From the NCBI RefSeq assembly GCF_000150275.1, contig NW_002060947.1:4994267-5058266 (forward strand): a stretch of 64,000 nt of DNA, in the 5' to 3' direction. A model generated the notes under the pieces. That model was not told the origin of the DNA, did no database searches, and saw only the letters and a list, made by a program, of their open reading frames with translations. The stretch comes from Trichoplax adhaerens (lineage: Eukaryota > Animalia > Placozoa). Made by a program: the position numbers and the translations under genes. Shown here piece after piece: positions 27,407-42,339 of the stretch. Every line of letters starts with the position of its first letter. The stretch's first letter is position 1.

Positions 27407-30400
27407 CGTTTGAGATGATCTTGCTAGGTAGTAAAATTAAAGTAAGATTATATTACCAGCTTAAATTTTCACTATTTTAGCCAAAAGTAGATCAAATTTT
27501 AGAAATAGAAATTACTACGAAAACTGATTCAAATTATATAGTGTTGCTTGCAATGTTGTTAAACTACTGAAATTTTACGACTATGGATATTTCGATATTA
27601 CTGTAGATAAATTCGGTAATTACTTTAATCGAAAAATTACCGTTATGAATTCAGATTAATGAAATTGTTGCTGGTCACAGGATCTATCAAGATAAAATTT
27701 AGCTAGGAATTAAACGTTGGTCGACAGATTGTATTCTATTAATGGCAATTTTGAATTTCGATCAGCTAATTTATTCTATCCTATTTATCAGTACTATTTA
27801 TCGAGACGGGCCTTCTACTTAAGAATAATAATAATGGATATTTTTGTCATTGCATAAAGATTTGACTAGGACTATTGTATCAGGGTAGTTTCTGAAAATA
27901 ACAAAATGTGAAAATCATTTCATGCCTGCAGAGCAGGTGCACGATTTATTTTCTTCTTAACTTGGAATCAATTATCGATTATAGAATAGAAAGTTAAATT
28001 TGATTTAAATAGTTTAATTCTTATTTCTATCTGGTATTTACGTATCAATGTTGTCTTGATTTCTAAACAATAGCCTACATTAAAATATTGATTTAAAACT
28101 TTGGATATGATATTTTTAAAACTGAATCTGAATAGAATTTGTAAAGATAAGTACAAATTGAACATATCACATACCATACGATCTAGATATTATGAATTAA
28201 AGCACAAAACATTAAGTAAAGACCGTCGGTATAAATTGCGGAGCCCAGATAAAAGCAATCCAATTAAATTTAATAGAGCCATATAACCTTTGCAATAAAA
28301 TTAATTAATTGCATGCATTAATTTTTTTTATAGATATCTTAAAAGGATAAAATTGAGGATAAGTCACCTACTGAAGGTGACAATTTGTGTTGATACTGAA
28401 TACAGCATTGTAACTCTCTCTTGTGTTATTGTCTCATTCTTAAATAAATAGGTATTTGACCCTTTGATTTTATCCGCGCTTTCCCTTTACGTTCTTTGCC
28501 TTATATATCTACTATTAAAAGTGGTCGAAAAGTTAATGATGGAAGCTTAGCGAGATTTGATGCTTACATTCATTAAAATTCTGGAAGTTTTATTATTACT
28601 TTTTAATGAAAATGTTATTGTTATTTTGCTGTCTTCATATATGTAGCCTACTACTTAGATGAATGGATCTTAATTATAAGCTTAATTTAGTATATAATAT
28701 TTGTTCAATCAAGTTTAATAAAAACAAAATTACTTTCAAAATAAAAAAAAATAGAGATATATTTAAGGGATGAATAGCTGCTATTCTTTACAATCGATCT
28801 TTATATAAATATAATTGCGTATGTACGTACGTAAACTCGTACTAATCAAATGGAGGCAATATTTATTCTTCATAACGTTAGATGATCGATATTAGATCAT
28901 ACCAAATCAGCTTAAACTCATTATCTACTATAAATATCTAGTAACTATGATTAGATCAATGCTATCAAATAAGCAGATTGCTTAGAGGTGATTCTATTTT
29001 TAATCTACTTTCCATTACAAAAAATGGTATCGCCAATATTTTCCTATTATTCTTTATGAATATGGAAACGATATCATAAAGACTTTAATTTAATACTTTG
29101 ATAAACACATCCCAAACGTCCCTTTAATAATATTTTTATTCATATCACTACAAAGGAGTAGTTTTTCACACAATCTTGGTCTGGTCTCCCTTATCTCTTT
29201 AATTAACGACGCTTTTTTATCAGATTTCGAAAATAATCAAGAGATTACAGTTCTCTGGTTGCCTGTTCGGTCATTGAAAAACGCAGATAATTACCAGTAG
29301 CTTTCTAAATTTTTTTGCTAGAATAGCTGTATCATAAGCGCCAAAAGCTTGATTATTTCTTTTACGAAAAATTATTAAAGTGTTCAATTTAATATCTTTT
29401 ATGACAGTGTACAATATAAATTTAATTTCTATTGACTATACACTAAATGATGTTTAATATTTAGCTTTTTGTACTCTTTGTTCGATGAAGAGGATTATGA
29501 TCTTGTTGATTTTCTTTTATTTATACAATACAAAGAAAATTGAGCCTAGCAACGGTTCCAAAGCGACAATTTACGAGTTTGACTCTATTCAATAATAACC
29601 GCAGATCAGCAGATTGACCTTAAGACACTTTAAAGTGGAACTATTATTCTCAGAATAGTCGATATAGCCTGGCGGTGACATGAAAGCTTGCAACAATGAA
29701 ACATTAAGATGTTCTCATTACATTAATTAATATAGTTCCCTCTTGTTTTATACCGTTTTGTAGGTTTTAAATTAGTTTAGGAGAGTAATTAATATTATGT
29801 TGCTAAAATCATCAGAAATTGAGATATTTACAAACTAGAATTCCTACAAATTAATAATTGACATTAGTGAATAAGAGCCCAGTTTGTAATTTCAGGCGAT
29901 ACAACATCAAATTGAGACGATGAATCTAAATTTCAAGAATAGGGGCAATACCGGAGTATATTTCAGCTTCAGAGATTTAGACAATACGATTTCTGAGATG
30001 AGATATCAGCTAGTTATCACGCCCTGTCCAATATTGCATCTGTGAATATATTGGTTTTAATAAATGTGTAATCATTTTTTGCATAGCATATCGTCCTATG
30101 TTAAAATAACATATTACATAGCATTTAAGGGAGTGAGCGTGTCCTCACTTCGTAAGCTGTACAGGCTAAGCTCTCGGCATAAATACCATCGAGTTTTACA
30201 TTTTGAAGTCATTATGATATAAAGCGCTTCTAAGTTGTTTTTTACCGACTTTCAATTGTATTTTATGTGATCAGCACGTTTGTGATAAATATAAGCCTTT
30301 AAATCATAATTAAATCTTACTGCATTAATTTGACTTATTTTCTTAAATTAATACGAATTTTATAATAATCAACTTTACGGAATATTTTACTGTAGAGTCA

Positions 30401-33400
30401 AACTTAAGATAAATTACTACTTATGTTGTTGAAGAAGTTACAGTTGTGAGTTTTTGTAATGACTGATGTTATTTGAGCTCTATTGTCTTTCATATTATAA
30501 TATTTCATTTTATTACTAGGTAAGAGCTTTATTATGATAAAGCTTTTAGTTTGGCAATAATTGAATGCCAATTCTCATATTCTATACTTATTCAATGCTG
30601 TCCTTACCAACAATTATATTTATATGAATTTATCCTAAGATACTATCAGCTACGTAATCTGCTATCCATCAGTAATAATAGAAATCCAGAGTTGTCGTAC
30701 CATCTTATAAAGTCTTTCCGAATTGATAATTCCATCAGAATACTAAATGATCTTTGATCAATTATGCAGATATCCTACCGAAATGAGCCGCTAACCACGA
30801 CTTAAAATGAGTTTATGATTTATCAAGGATGATAAACAATTCAAGTTTAGGGCTCTCGAAGTAAATAATAAAATCTGTAAATGAAATATGGATAATTTAG
30901 CAAAGGTGACCTGTAATTATTTTTCACCAGCAACTGTCTTCTGTCGTAATATAGTCAACTTGGACAACAAGAATGAGCCGTAAAAGACTTTGGAAAGCCT
31001 TTACTATCTACCCAATTGCATTTTTATTTTGGGTTACTAAGAAAATATTTAATATCATGTGACATTAGGACATTTTATAAGAAAATTATGAAGGCTGTCT
31101 TTTCACAATACCACACCTTCCTGGCGTACTCATCTGCTGTACTCGGTCTATAAAAACCCTTTGTAATACTAGTTAATATACGAGGTACTGTCAATTTTTG
31201 CTTACGTAATTGTTAATTTAATCTCTTAAGATGAGTAATCTAGTTCCGTTTGCGGCTGTTTAAAGGTAATTTAACCAGTAATATATGCAACAACAGGGTC
31301 TATGCCTATGGATTTTACGATTATCTTCTTTTATTTTATTTACTAATTACATAATTAATATATATATTATATTATTATTGATATCAATATCCCATTAGCA
31401 GGAATACGAATTAAATCATAGGAAATTTGAACAAAATGATCGAAAGGCCCAGTGTAAAAATGCAAATGAAAGCGATAGCATTTTATCAGGATAGATTAAA
31501 TGAACCAACATTTATCCTGACAAATATGTTAGTAAGTGTGTAACGCCTTTTAATACGTTTTCGAAATAGTAATGAAGCGGTGCTGCTAGAATTCGCTAGA
31601 CACAATTATTTTATGTTGGTCGTTCCAAAGTTGGCAGTTCAAGTAATTTGCTTATTTATGCTGCTAACGGAGAGACAGGAAATGTAGTTTTAAACACGTT
31701 TTACTATATATAATACGTGTAATATATATCTAATAATAGTAGGTCAAGAATCAATTTTTCCTTTTCAAATTATAAATCGCACACTGTGAGTTATAAAATC
31801 TCTGTTGGGCAGGTACCGGTAACGAATCATAAATATTTAGTAGTAGTTTTAGAAAAAGTATACAGTATCTGTTCATTGTGAACGGGTGTCGCAGCTAGTT
31901 AATTAATTTATTATACGGAAAAAAAGTTAAAAATGTTAGCTGTTTAGAAATCGAATGGTGGTGGCAAGACAAACGTTAGCCGCTATCATACTTTTGAACT
32001 TGCTTGTGACCTGATTTGCTGTTAATACATTTCGATTTTTTCAATTTTCAATTTGGAAGGAATTTTTAAGAATGAAACAACACCTAGATGCATTATGCCG
32101 GTGTTAATTTCTATTTAAGTTATTTTACTATGGTCGAATAATATTCTATGATTGAGTCTTTTCCCCAACAAATTTCAATGGCCACTTACTATCGGTTTTG
32201 CCCAAATAATTAAATCGATTTATTCATTTTTAATTCAATATTTAAAATATCTATCTAAAAATTATTTATCTTACAAATTAGGTATCGCTTTATTACACTG
32301 CTTCATTATAGCTTGTTGATATAGCTAATCAACGGAGCGGTCAAGGAGTAGATGATGATATCAATCATTAATATCATGCTCTTAAACATTTTATCACACT
32401 ATATTATGATAGTTGAACATCCAGGATCAGTATTACTTAAAACCAGTATTTTCAAAATGATCATTGCAATAAAAGATATATTTATAGTTCATTAGAAAAC
32501 AATTGAAAAGTTGATGGCTTCGTTTATCGTCATTTAAATTCTCGCAAACTATAGATGGCTCAAATCGGCTTTTACGACTGTATTTTAGAAAGTTATGTAG
32601 TTAACTGTTGACATAGAATTGATGCTGAAATATACTGTGCATGAATTCATTTCCGGCGGCTATCAGCAGTCTGCACCTTATTATGGTAAATAGTCAGATA
32701 TAAATTAAGCTTGGTGAAGTTTGGGAGGTATTCCGACTGGTGTGTCGAATTTTAGACCGCATTTAATTTGATATATGGTAAATTATGTACTTCTATCTCG
32801 ATGGAGAGACTGTGTGTTGCAACCCTGATTAGTACAAAAGATTTGTCAAAATCTTGAATATACTCATATTAATCCGATTACTCTTCTCAGAATTTTCAGC
32901 CTTTGTGCGAACTGTACTCGCATATAGGAACTTGGATTTTCGGTTGCTTGATTATTTGGTACAGTTTTCTTTACGGGACGACTACTGCACACTTGTGAGC
33001 AACTACTTGTTTATTTTACAATTAAACGCGCTTAAATTCTTCAAGTTGTCACACTTCATTCTAGTTTCAAATGCTGTACACGTAAATTAATATTCTACAA
33101 GTTCCAACAATAAGTAAGAATAGATTTGCAATAACTAAGTTGAGATGCAAGTGTTGTGCAACCTAGGTAGTTGTAGGTTTTCAACTGATCAAACTCGTAC
33201 TTCTTCTTCGTCTATATAGGGTTTACCCGACAGCAAATTAACTCTCAATGGTGTATATATATATACTTTATAGCATACCAGCGGTCTACCCATCGCGTTG
33301 ACTACGAATTATGAATCATCACGTTATTGGGATACCACTTACCAATAAGTGAGAGTTCTCATAGTTGTTTCAGTAGACGTGTTCGGTGCATAACAAAATT

Positions 33401-36105
33401 CTGATTGTGGTGGATCTTGAGGTTGACTAGTTGATCTTTTTCATAAAATGCAGCTCGCGCTTTGCTAGTAGTTCATTGACTTTATTGAAGGTTGTATTTT
33501 ACATACATTAGCAGAGTAATTAAATGATCATATGATGCATTGCCGAAGAGGTCTTAACACTTTTTTCATAAGATTCTAGCTGTAATAGTGTTACGGAGCC
33601 ATGCACCGAAATATTAATTGCTATGTTAATTAAAATATCTCATTTAAATTATTGTTTGCTCCAGTAGCTTATTAGATATTAATGTTTATTAATAAGTACT
33701 TGTTCAATATTGTTGACGTGTCGGAGCTAGCACGCTTAGTCTGTAAACGTTAATTAATATCAACTTAAGTGTAAGATCAATTATTTTGCAGAGCCTTGAG
33801 GCTCTAGTTGCTATACTAGGATATGTATACTGTACAGTGTAAGCCGCTATTTCAAGAATATTCACAAGTGTACCATCGGCGAGACTATAAAAAGCGGAGC
33901 ACTAGCTTAGCTTCTCAGTTCCAGTTAGTCATTTGCAGGATCTTTTGACTAATATTGCTAAGAATGTTCTTATGTTTTTCTTTAGTACATTTTACGACTA
34001 AGGTTAACGAAAATAAAGTATTTAAACCTATTACTCAATAGTAGCTTATTTGTGTAGCTGAGAGTTAATTCAATTATGATAGGTCCCTAAATTAGTTGGG
34101 AACACAAGTACTAGTGAAGATAGTGTTTAAGACCCGGTTTCTTGTTACAAAGGAGATTTGTAACAAATAGTAACAGATCGTTTTATAACTTAGTAGCGTC
34201 GTACTATACAGATATTGAAGTTTACTAAATTCCTAGACACGATACAAACAAGTATTTTGATAACATAATATGTTGATAATTTGTAATCTATTATTATTGA
34301 GCAGTACAGTAGCAGAGTATCATTATGGATCACCTATCGTGCAGTAGAATATTGGGAAAGTTAACGATATACCACTAGAATAAATTCTTCATCAGTCGGG
34401 CTAGTCGATATTATGTCCATTCTTTTAAGTTGTTCTTAGATGTTATTGCTGATGTTAGTCTATGATTGCGATTATAAATTCATTTATTGATTATTTTTTT
34501 GCTGACGTGATATTCTTAATGCTTACTAACATAGAAACTTATGGTTATGTTTCACATAATAGTTGACTAGTATATATTGTAGAGGGGATCAAACTAGAAT
34601 AAAGGACTTTCAGTCATTATAAAGTAAGGTTAGATTACTCGTTGGTAACTTTCAATATGAAAATACTTTAACTTGGAGTCACAACAGTCTATAAGCAAGA
34701 AGAAAATAATTGTGTAGACTAGACTCGACGGTATTGTAGAGCACATTATATAAAAAAAGAAATGTTTCGGCAATCTCGAAAGATTTACCGTTGATTCTCC
34801 CAACTCCGTTCCACATAGTATAAGATTGGACAGTTGATCAACAGTGTAGAAAAGCTTTCTACTGCATCTAACCGTAGTTCTAATTGATCAATAACTGTAA
34901 AAATGAATCAGGAGTACGGTATTGGTTTATTTAACCGTGAGCCTATCACTACCAAAATTGATCAATCGCACAGATAGGACTGCAACTAGTAACTGTACTA
35001 TACACAATTTAAAGTGGCGTGCTAGGTAAGCACCAGCATGGACTTCTACATGCATAAATCGGGCATCTACAAGTCCATGGCAACGGTGAGATAAATTTAT
35101 GTTGCTGCCGCACTTCATTGCAGTATTTTACTCTACTTTACAGAATAAATTGCGTTGGACCGAAGTAAATACTCTCATACGGTGTCTTGAATAGTTTTAC
35201 ACTGGACTGTCGACTTTTCTAGCCCTGTCTCAAAGTGCTTGCACATCGCTAGTTGTCAATTTTACTAAAGAAAACTTAGAAATTTAGTGATCATGTCTCA
35301 ATCATCGTCGTACTACAAGACAAGAGTCATCATTTTGCAGGCCCCACCGGCTGCAAATTGGCTATACTTTGGCTTAAATGGCGCTGCTACGTCTTCGTTT
35401 TCAATCAGAGTGCAATGTCTAAGACAGCTTCGTATGGCCATAGTAACGCTCGTTGGACGAAAAAGTCAAGTGAGCATGCTTCCCAAATGATGGTCTGGCA
35501 GCGCATCAGAATGTCCGGACGTCCGTATCCACACCGTAACCCCTACAGGTCAACAGAAATGGACGGCATAGTCAATAACGAACTGGCCATTTCACTGTGG
35601 TTTGGGTACTGTACTAAGGGAAGATAGTTTAACAAGTCCATCAAGCATCGGCAATTTTATTTATTTACTTGACAATCAACGTCATTTCCACTATTGGATC
35701 GAAGATACCGAATAGGAAATTGATTAATTGCACTTGTGGGAGTGTTACCAATTGCTTTGCTTATTGAAGTTAAAAGTCTTTCAGTCTTCGGCCTATCCGT
35801 CAGTACAGAGAAATTTCCGAGATTTCCCTTTAGCTAATAGTACCCAACGTGTCAAGATTGAGATCGACTACTGGAAATAAATCAACCAACAGGTTCCTCT
35901 CCAAATAAAAGTAGGCAACATCAATTAGGATTCAGCAATTGTTGTTCTTGTCATCGATTCAAGTAAGATTGTTTGCTTTGTGACTTCAAGCCTTGCATTG
36001 CTTATTTCTTAGCCAATGAGTAAATCAAATTTGAAATTTTTCCAGTACCTTGATGTTCATTCAATTGTACTGTTCTGTAATACTCCAATCCTTGTCACAT
36101 TTTAA

Positions 36106-39100
36106 ATGAATTTACACGACGTTATCCACGTTTCATTAGCAATCGACATAATCATTTCAATATTCAAGACAACATGGAAGGACGCCTATTATGACGGTAA
36201 GATACAAATATTGTCAATTGGATGAACGAACGATACTTTGGTTGCAACTATTAAATTGTGTCAAACAATCAAGAGAGTTTGCTTATTTGAAGATTTTAAT
36301 ATGTTCGTTATTATTGAACTTGCACTCCTTTTTTATAAATTAAAGTTTGCAAGTATTCTGTCTTTACAGTAAACACTGCAGAAGGGAGTGTTACACAGTG
36401 TGGAGCTTGTGCACTTATTTTTGCTATAGTTTGACATGCATCTTGATGATATTCAACCTTAGATGCACTGAATGATTTCGTCTTGCTCTCTGTATGATTA
36501 TTTTTGTATATTTTCATATTTCCTACCAGGTAGCAAAGTTGATCATTTTGTATACTTGTGATAGATCATACCAGCACAAGATTGATAATTAATCGAAAGT
36601 ATTCAAATCGCTTGAAATAATTCTGCCTGCATTATGGATGGTTATGGTAAGCTACTAGTATCGAAGTGTTTTAGTATACGTATGGTCTGAAAGTGCCGTC
36701 ATATCATACTCTGATAATATCAGTCGAATTTGGTGCTGTGATATTTCACGCACTGTGATTTGTAGTCCTTCTGTATAAGATTTTATGTTGTATTTGTAAA
36801 TATGTGCTTATAACGAGACTATCCAACGATGGGCAAACACTATTCTTTCGTTTTCCAATTTACAAACGTATATGAAACGGTTTACCGATACGTACTGTAC
36901 TTGCCGGTTCTGGTTATCCTGTAACTAATGCTTATTATTTTAATACAGATGCTAAACAGCTGAACAACGATAATAACCAGGTTAGTATGTGTACGAGTAT
37001 GCTAAAACTCTGAAGATGTCATGCCGTCGTGAATAATGTCATTGAAGGATTAAACCTGATTTCTAATAAAGTTTAAAGTTTAATGTTTACTCTACGCGAA
37101 CTATATGATGTGTTTAAACTAACTTCCTTATACACATATTTCATCATAATTGTACGCCAACAAATGACCATTTGTAACTACGTTATTACTTTGCCGAGCT
37201 ATTAATGCATTGGATACGTTTACACACTTAACATACTTTAGTAAAAAGTTATGTAGCTATTATACCTTAAACCTGAGCTGAAGGGTACCATTTACCGATT
37301 CGAAATTTAAATAAACTAGTTTAACATTATTACAACAATTAAATCGATTATATAATTATACAAGTAATAAACTACTTAAGGAATCTTTAATAACTGATTA
37401 ATTATAGCATATGTATTAGTTTTAACACTTATTGTTGCTGTCTTTAGAATTCAAATACAGTCGAAAATGAGTTAAGCTTGGCTTTGCAGGTACAGTAATG
37501 CAGTACTGCAAATATTCTCATGCAAATAATTAGAATTCATTTTAATTAATTATTATTGTAAATTATGGCTTACATATACCGATGTGGTAATTTTTTCTAT
37601 GATCCTATTAAATATATGCAGAATCTATGGTCAGCAGCATCATCGGCAAATTTACTAGATCAACTTAATCAATTAGAGTAAGTAGCTGAATAACGATATT
37701 ATTTCTGTGAATATTCATCATATTGATAGTGTAACGTAATTTAGATATTGTTGTGAACTAAATCCCGATTTTGCCTGACAGGCAATTTAATTTCCTTAGT
37801 AATCATGAACAAGATTTGCTAAATCATAACTTTAGGTAAAATTTTTATTATAAAATTGTTGAATAATGATCTAAACTTAAGCTTATTAATTGTATTTGTA
37901 ATTGCTAATAGATATGATTTAATACCAAAGCTACTTAATATTTTTCAATGGCATAATTGGTGAGAAAATTCCCATTTGTTGATGCATCTTTTTACGTTTT
38001 TTTATGACATTAACACTAATAACTGAGTTTAAAATCATAGCTTTGAAATACAGCTTGAAGCAATGCAGGTCCTTGCGCTGCTAGTAAAGCTTGATAGTCT
38101 GAGCCCAATTTTAACTAAACTTCATACAGGTTAGTACCCAAATGTTTCTTTCAAGTACTGATATCGTTCAAGGACTTTTTCATCAATACATCGATTGTTC
38201 AATCTATGATTTTTGCTGTAGATGGGATTTCATTATTAGTTAAATTACTTTCGTCGCCTTATGATGAACTTGCCATAAAATCATTGCGCGTTCTTCAAAA
38301 TTACACATGTAATACTTGATTTGATGATCAATTAAAGAGCGGTTTTCTAATATAATGTATCGTTGATAGCATGTGATACTGATTGCATGTAAATTTTTAA
38401 TTTTGCTAATTAGCGTATGAATACGTTTTAAATTGTGGCTTAATCCAAGAATTAGCTAAAGTTATAACCTTGAACAAATCAGTAAGGAAGATTTAAGAGA
38501 TGTGTAGTTATTTTTTTGCGCTTAAAAGTTGGTAAGGGTCTAAAGTTTAAATTTTTATATATAGGTACAATTCCTTAGAGCGGCTGCTTCGGCTTTGAAG
38601 CTAATAGCTCGAGGAGAAGCTTCGTTAAGAAATGAAGTTGTTATTGACGTAAGATTATGGTTGTCTGGGATAGATTGATACCTCATTACGATTGAGCTAA
38701 AATTTTGTTCTAATTTTGAATCAAGTTACTGGGTATCGTAACTGTCCTTATACAATTTGATGATATTGAGGTATATTTAATGTGAATAAAGTTTTTCAAT
38801 TATTTTAATAATGGATTGTTACAGTATTTTTTAGTCAGTTGTAATCAAAATATTAATTACCATGATTCTTGACGTGTCATTATGGTTATTATAGCTTATT
38901 TGTAACATTATATGGACATTAAAGTACTTAACAGATTATAGGGATGAAAATGTTCAGGTATGATACCTTCAACTTACATACGTTAGATGATATTATTCTG
39001 TATATGTATACATATATATAATAGCTGGAGATGAAATTTTGGAGATAAATCTTTCAAATTGTCCACTTCTTTTAATGTATATTGTCCTTAGTGTTTCGTT

Positions 39101-41367
39101 TAACTTTTATTTTATTTTTACCTGCATATTTTTGTTATTTTCAAACAGAATGCAATTGATGCTAGAGTTATTCCACGAATTTTTGATATACTTGCAAGTG
39201 GATCACCTGAATTATCTGTAAATTACCCTTAATCATTCTCTTACTTACTTGTAAAATTTAAGAAAGTCTTATGACACTAGTAATGTAATAAAGTGTTAAA
39301 CTAGCACTGCTACTTATGCTAAAAATCATATTATGTATTTGGTATTCTTTATAACTGTAGACACCAGCGTTGAAAACTTTAGGAAATGTAGTAGCCGGTA
39401 ATAGTAAGCAAGCTAAGGTATAAGTGGTATATTTGCACGCTTCTGGGAATAAAATTTTTACTAATGGGTTGATATGCAAATGTGTAAAATGGCTTTTGAA
39501 TTCATTCTAATAGTTTGTGGTTGATATGAAATTGTTACCGCTATTGAAAAAGTTGCTAACAAGATCTGATAGCTTGCAACAAAAAGTGAGTTTTAAAAAA
39601 TTCCCAAGTTGATCTACAAATTTCTCACCATTGTAAAGATTAACGCTGGCAGAACTCAGATACTTACACTAAAGGATGAATTTATTTGTGTGGTGTATGT
39701 CAATCATAGGAAATTTTTTGGGTGTTTTCTAATGTTGCGGTAGATGAATCTAGATTGCTTCAGGTATTGCTTATAACTTAGGCATAAATAAAGCTGTAAA
39801 ATGCTCTACGTTGGCTTTACTGATTGATACTCTTGTCAGCTTTTGCTAACTTTTACGTTTTCTTACATAGCAACTTATAAATGAAGGAATAGTTTCGATG
39901 ATGCTTAATTATATACAAGAGGTAAGTCACTTAATCTATTCAGCTGTCATATTGAAATATATTATCTTGGTTATTGTGATTTATATTTAAATAATTAGGA
40001 ATCAGTAGTCAGTAACGAAGCAATATGGGTAATTTCTAATGCGATTCAGTATGGAACTGAAGCACAGGTTTGTTGATTTCTATTTTTTTTCTCAAAAGTA
40101 AGGGAATTATGCCGAATCTAGAAAGTTCTTTATACGATAAATGTATCAATAGGTGTTGCAGCTATTGGAAAATTATAATCTAACGGAATTTTTATGCAAT
40201 ACCTTATTAAAATTTGAAAATTCACAGGTACTCTTTTTGAGTTTATCACCGATACTACACATGCACAGTACATATTGGTAGATAGGTGTTTATAAATATA
40301 TAGTTTTATAACTGAATCTTTAATTGTTCAAGATTTTAATACTTGTTTTCAATATGTAATAGTTCTGTGGCTTTTTTTTATGACGATTTAAGGTTCTATA
40401 CAACGTTATTGTTGCTATGAGTGCGTTATTAACGAAAATCGAGGTTTGAGAATCGCACTGTTTGCACTGGTGGTTGCAGTACTTATATAATTTAAAAATT
40501 TTTTGTACATAGAGCGCCAGTTTCTCTCATTGATATAGTATAAATTAATTGATGATAGCATTGTATTAAATATAATTTAGGGATTCCCGGATCTATCCGA
40601 AACATTACAAGCAAATGGTCAGGAATTTTACTTCCATTATTTTGTTGATACGCTCTTGTTTATTGACGGCTAGTTGTATTAAATAATTAGAAAGAGTTAC
40701 TATACTCTATTACACTAATGTTCGTTAGTTGTTCCAACAATAGTTTCAACATCTTTGTACGTATAACAGGTTATTATTTTGATCATTGATTATCACATTA
40801 CAGATCTAAAAATTAAAAATTTTTGTAATTCGTATTCATTAGTGAGTTACTTTGAAATCTAATTTATGATCGACGTTTAAGCACACTCCTTTTACAATAA
40901 TTTTTTTGATTTTGATTTTCTATGCTAATTTTTTGTTCCTTCGGGTCTATAGTTTGGTACTTTAGTCTCTAAGTATATAATAGCTTTCAGTACATTATAC
41001 AAGATGATTGTAAGATATATCTAAGAATGAAAGTAGATCACTCCATTGTGCTTGTGTTTAATAGCCAAAATATTGTATGAATGTACGAGTATGATAGCGG
41101 CAACCCATTGCTCAACCCAAACACAGATAGGATACTTGTCATCAATTTTCAAGAATCATATCAATTCGATAAATTTTGTAATAATCTATTTTATAATTAA
41201 TATTTCTTGTTTCAGTTTTGCAGAAGATTGAATTTTTGAGTAATCATCATCATCAATCGTGGTTAAATCTTCCAGCTAATCAACTATTGGTAATAATAAA
41301 TGGAAAGTACGAAAAGCAAAAACAGTCCGAACTATGCAGTAAATATGATATTGATGACCTTACATAA
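36106..41367 (+). CDS. Divergent importin-alpha (karyopherin alpha)-like ARM-repeat protein A, 22 exons, no recognisable IBB domain
   Basis: Exons splice in frame and are colinear with importin alpha: 'GISLLVKLLSSPYDELAIKSLRVLQNY', 'LICNIIWTLKYLTDYRDENVQ', 'TPALKTLGNVVAGNSKQAK', 'EIFWVFSNVA', 'EAIWVISNAIQYGTEAQ', 'LQKIEFLSNH'. Stop at 41365-41367. The start codon and exon 1 (36106-36196) are less certain. Confidence 0.82.
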
Positions 41368-42339
41368 AGCGGAGTTTTCTGCACTAGTAATTGACTTAAT
41401 ACTTAAACACTGTTATTCAAGATTATCTTTCACATGGAAATATTAGAAATATTAATTGAAATAGAAACAATTAGGTGGATTTTGTAAAGTTTTTTATTCA
41501 ACATAACAGCGAATTTGTCGAATGTTCATAACAACATTTTATTAGGGATTCAGTAATCAGTGATTACTGTGCAATGTTATCTATGCAATAGTAGCAACCT
41601 ACGATGTTGAGATAACAAACTCTTATTACGAAAGTTAATAGTATTTAATTGTTGTATATTAGTTATATAAACATGTATCATACTTGTAATATTGTTGGAT
41701 GATGTCACAGGTCGTGCTGTATGTTAACGGAATAACGTCAATCGTTTTAGTTGATGTATTTTGATATGAAATTATTTAAAAATGTGTTTAGCATGAAATA
41801 AATTGTAGGATGCAGGTCTATGAACTGAATGGGTATGGGTATTTTTCTATAGTATGGTATGAATTTTTTTAAGTCCTCCTTGTAAACAAACTTCCATTCT
41901 AGTTAACATAGGTTATTCGACTTGGCGGTATCCTCTATTATAGATTAGCATAGCATGAACTTTCGATGATACAAGACTATTCAAAGTACTATCGCAGTAT
42001 CGATGTCGCTTCTGCACATGTGTTGTATTCTTCTAAGAACTCTATTCTAGCAGTACTTCATAGTTCAAGAAAAACAAGAAGGAGGTCCTTCTCTTTTGCT
42101 TTTAGTGGTCCCAAACTGGATGTAACATGCTCGAGCTCGCACAGTGCGCAAATATAATGATGATTGTTGAATAATTTATTAATTAATTCACAATTTGGCT
42201 GTTCAATATCCAATCATTTGTGCGACTGGATCATTCAATAGATAGCTACCTTTACTTACAAAAACAAACACTACTAGAGAAAATGCAGAAGGCATACAAT
42301 TTTACAGCTTGGAAAGTAAATGTTGGGAAGGATTTTGCA

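Noticed and set aside
27500-35200. Hidden gene or third ARM paralog (exon-like bits at ~29897, 31412-31643, 32891-32958, 33220-33250 'GLPDSKLTLN')
   Set aside because: The pieces could not be chained into a consistent frame with plausible introns, and the similarities are too short to distinguish from chance.
35530-35550. Telomerase RNA template (cgtaacccctac)
   Set aside because: It has four Cs and is not a 1.5-repeat complement of TTAGGG; no other telomerase RNA features were seen.
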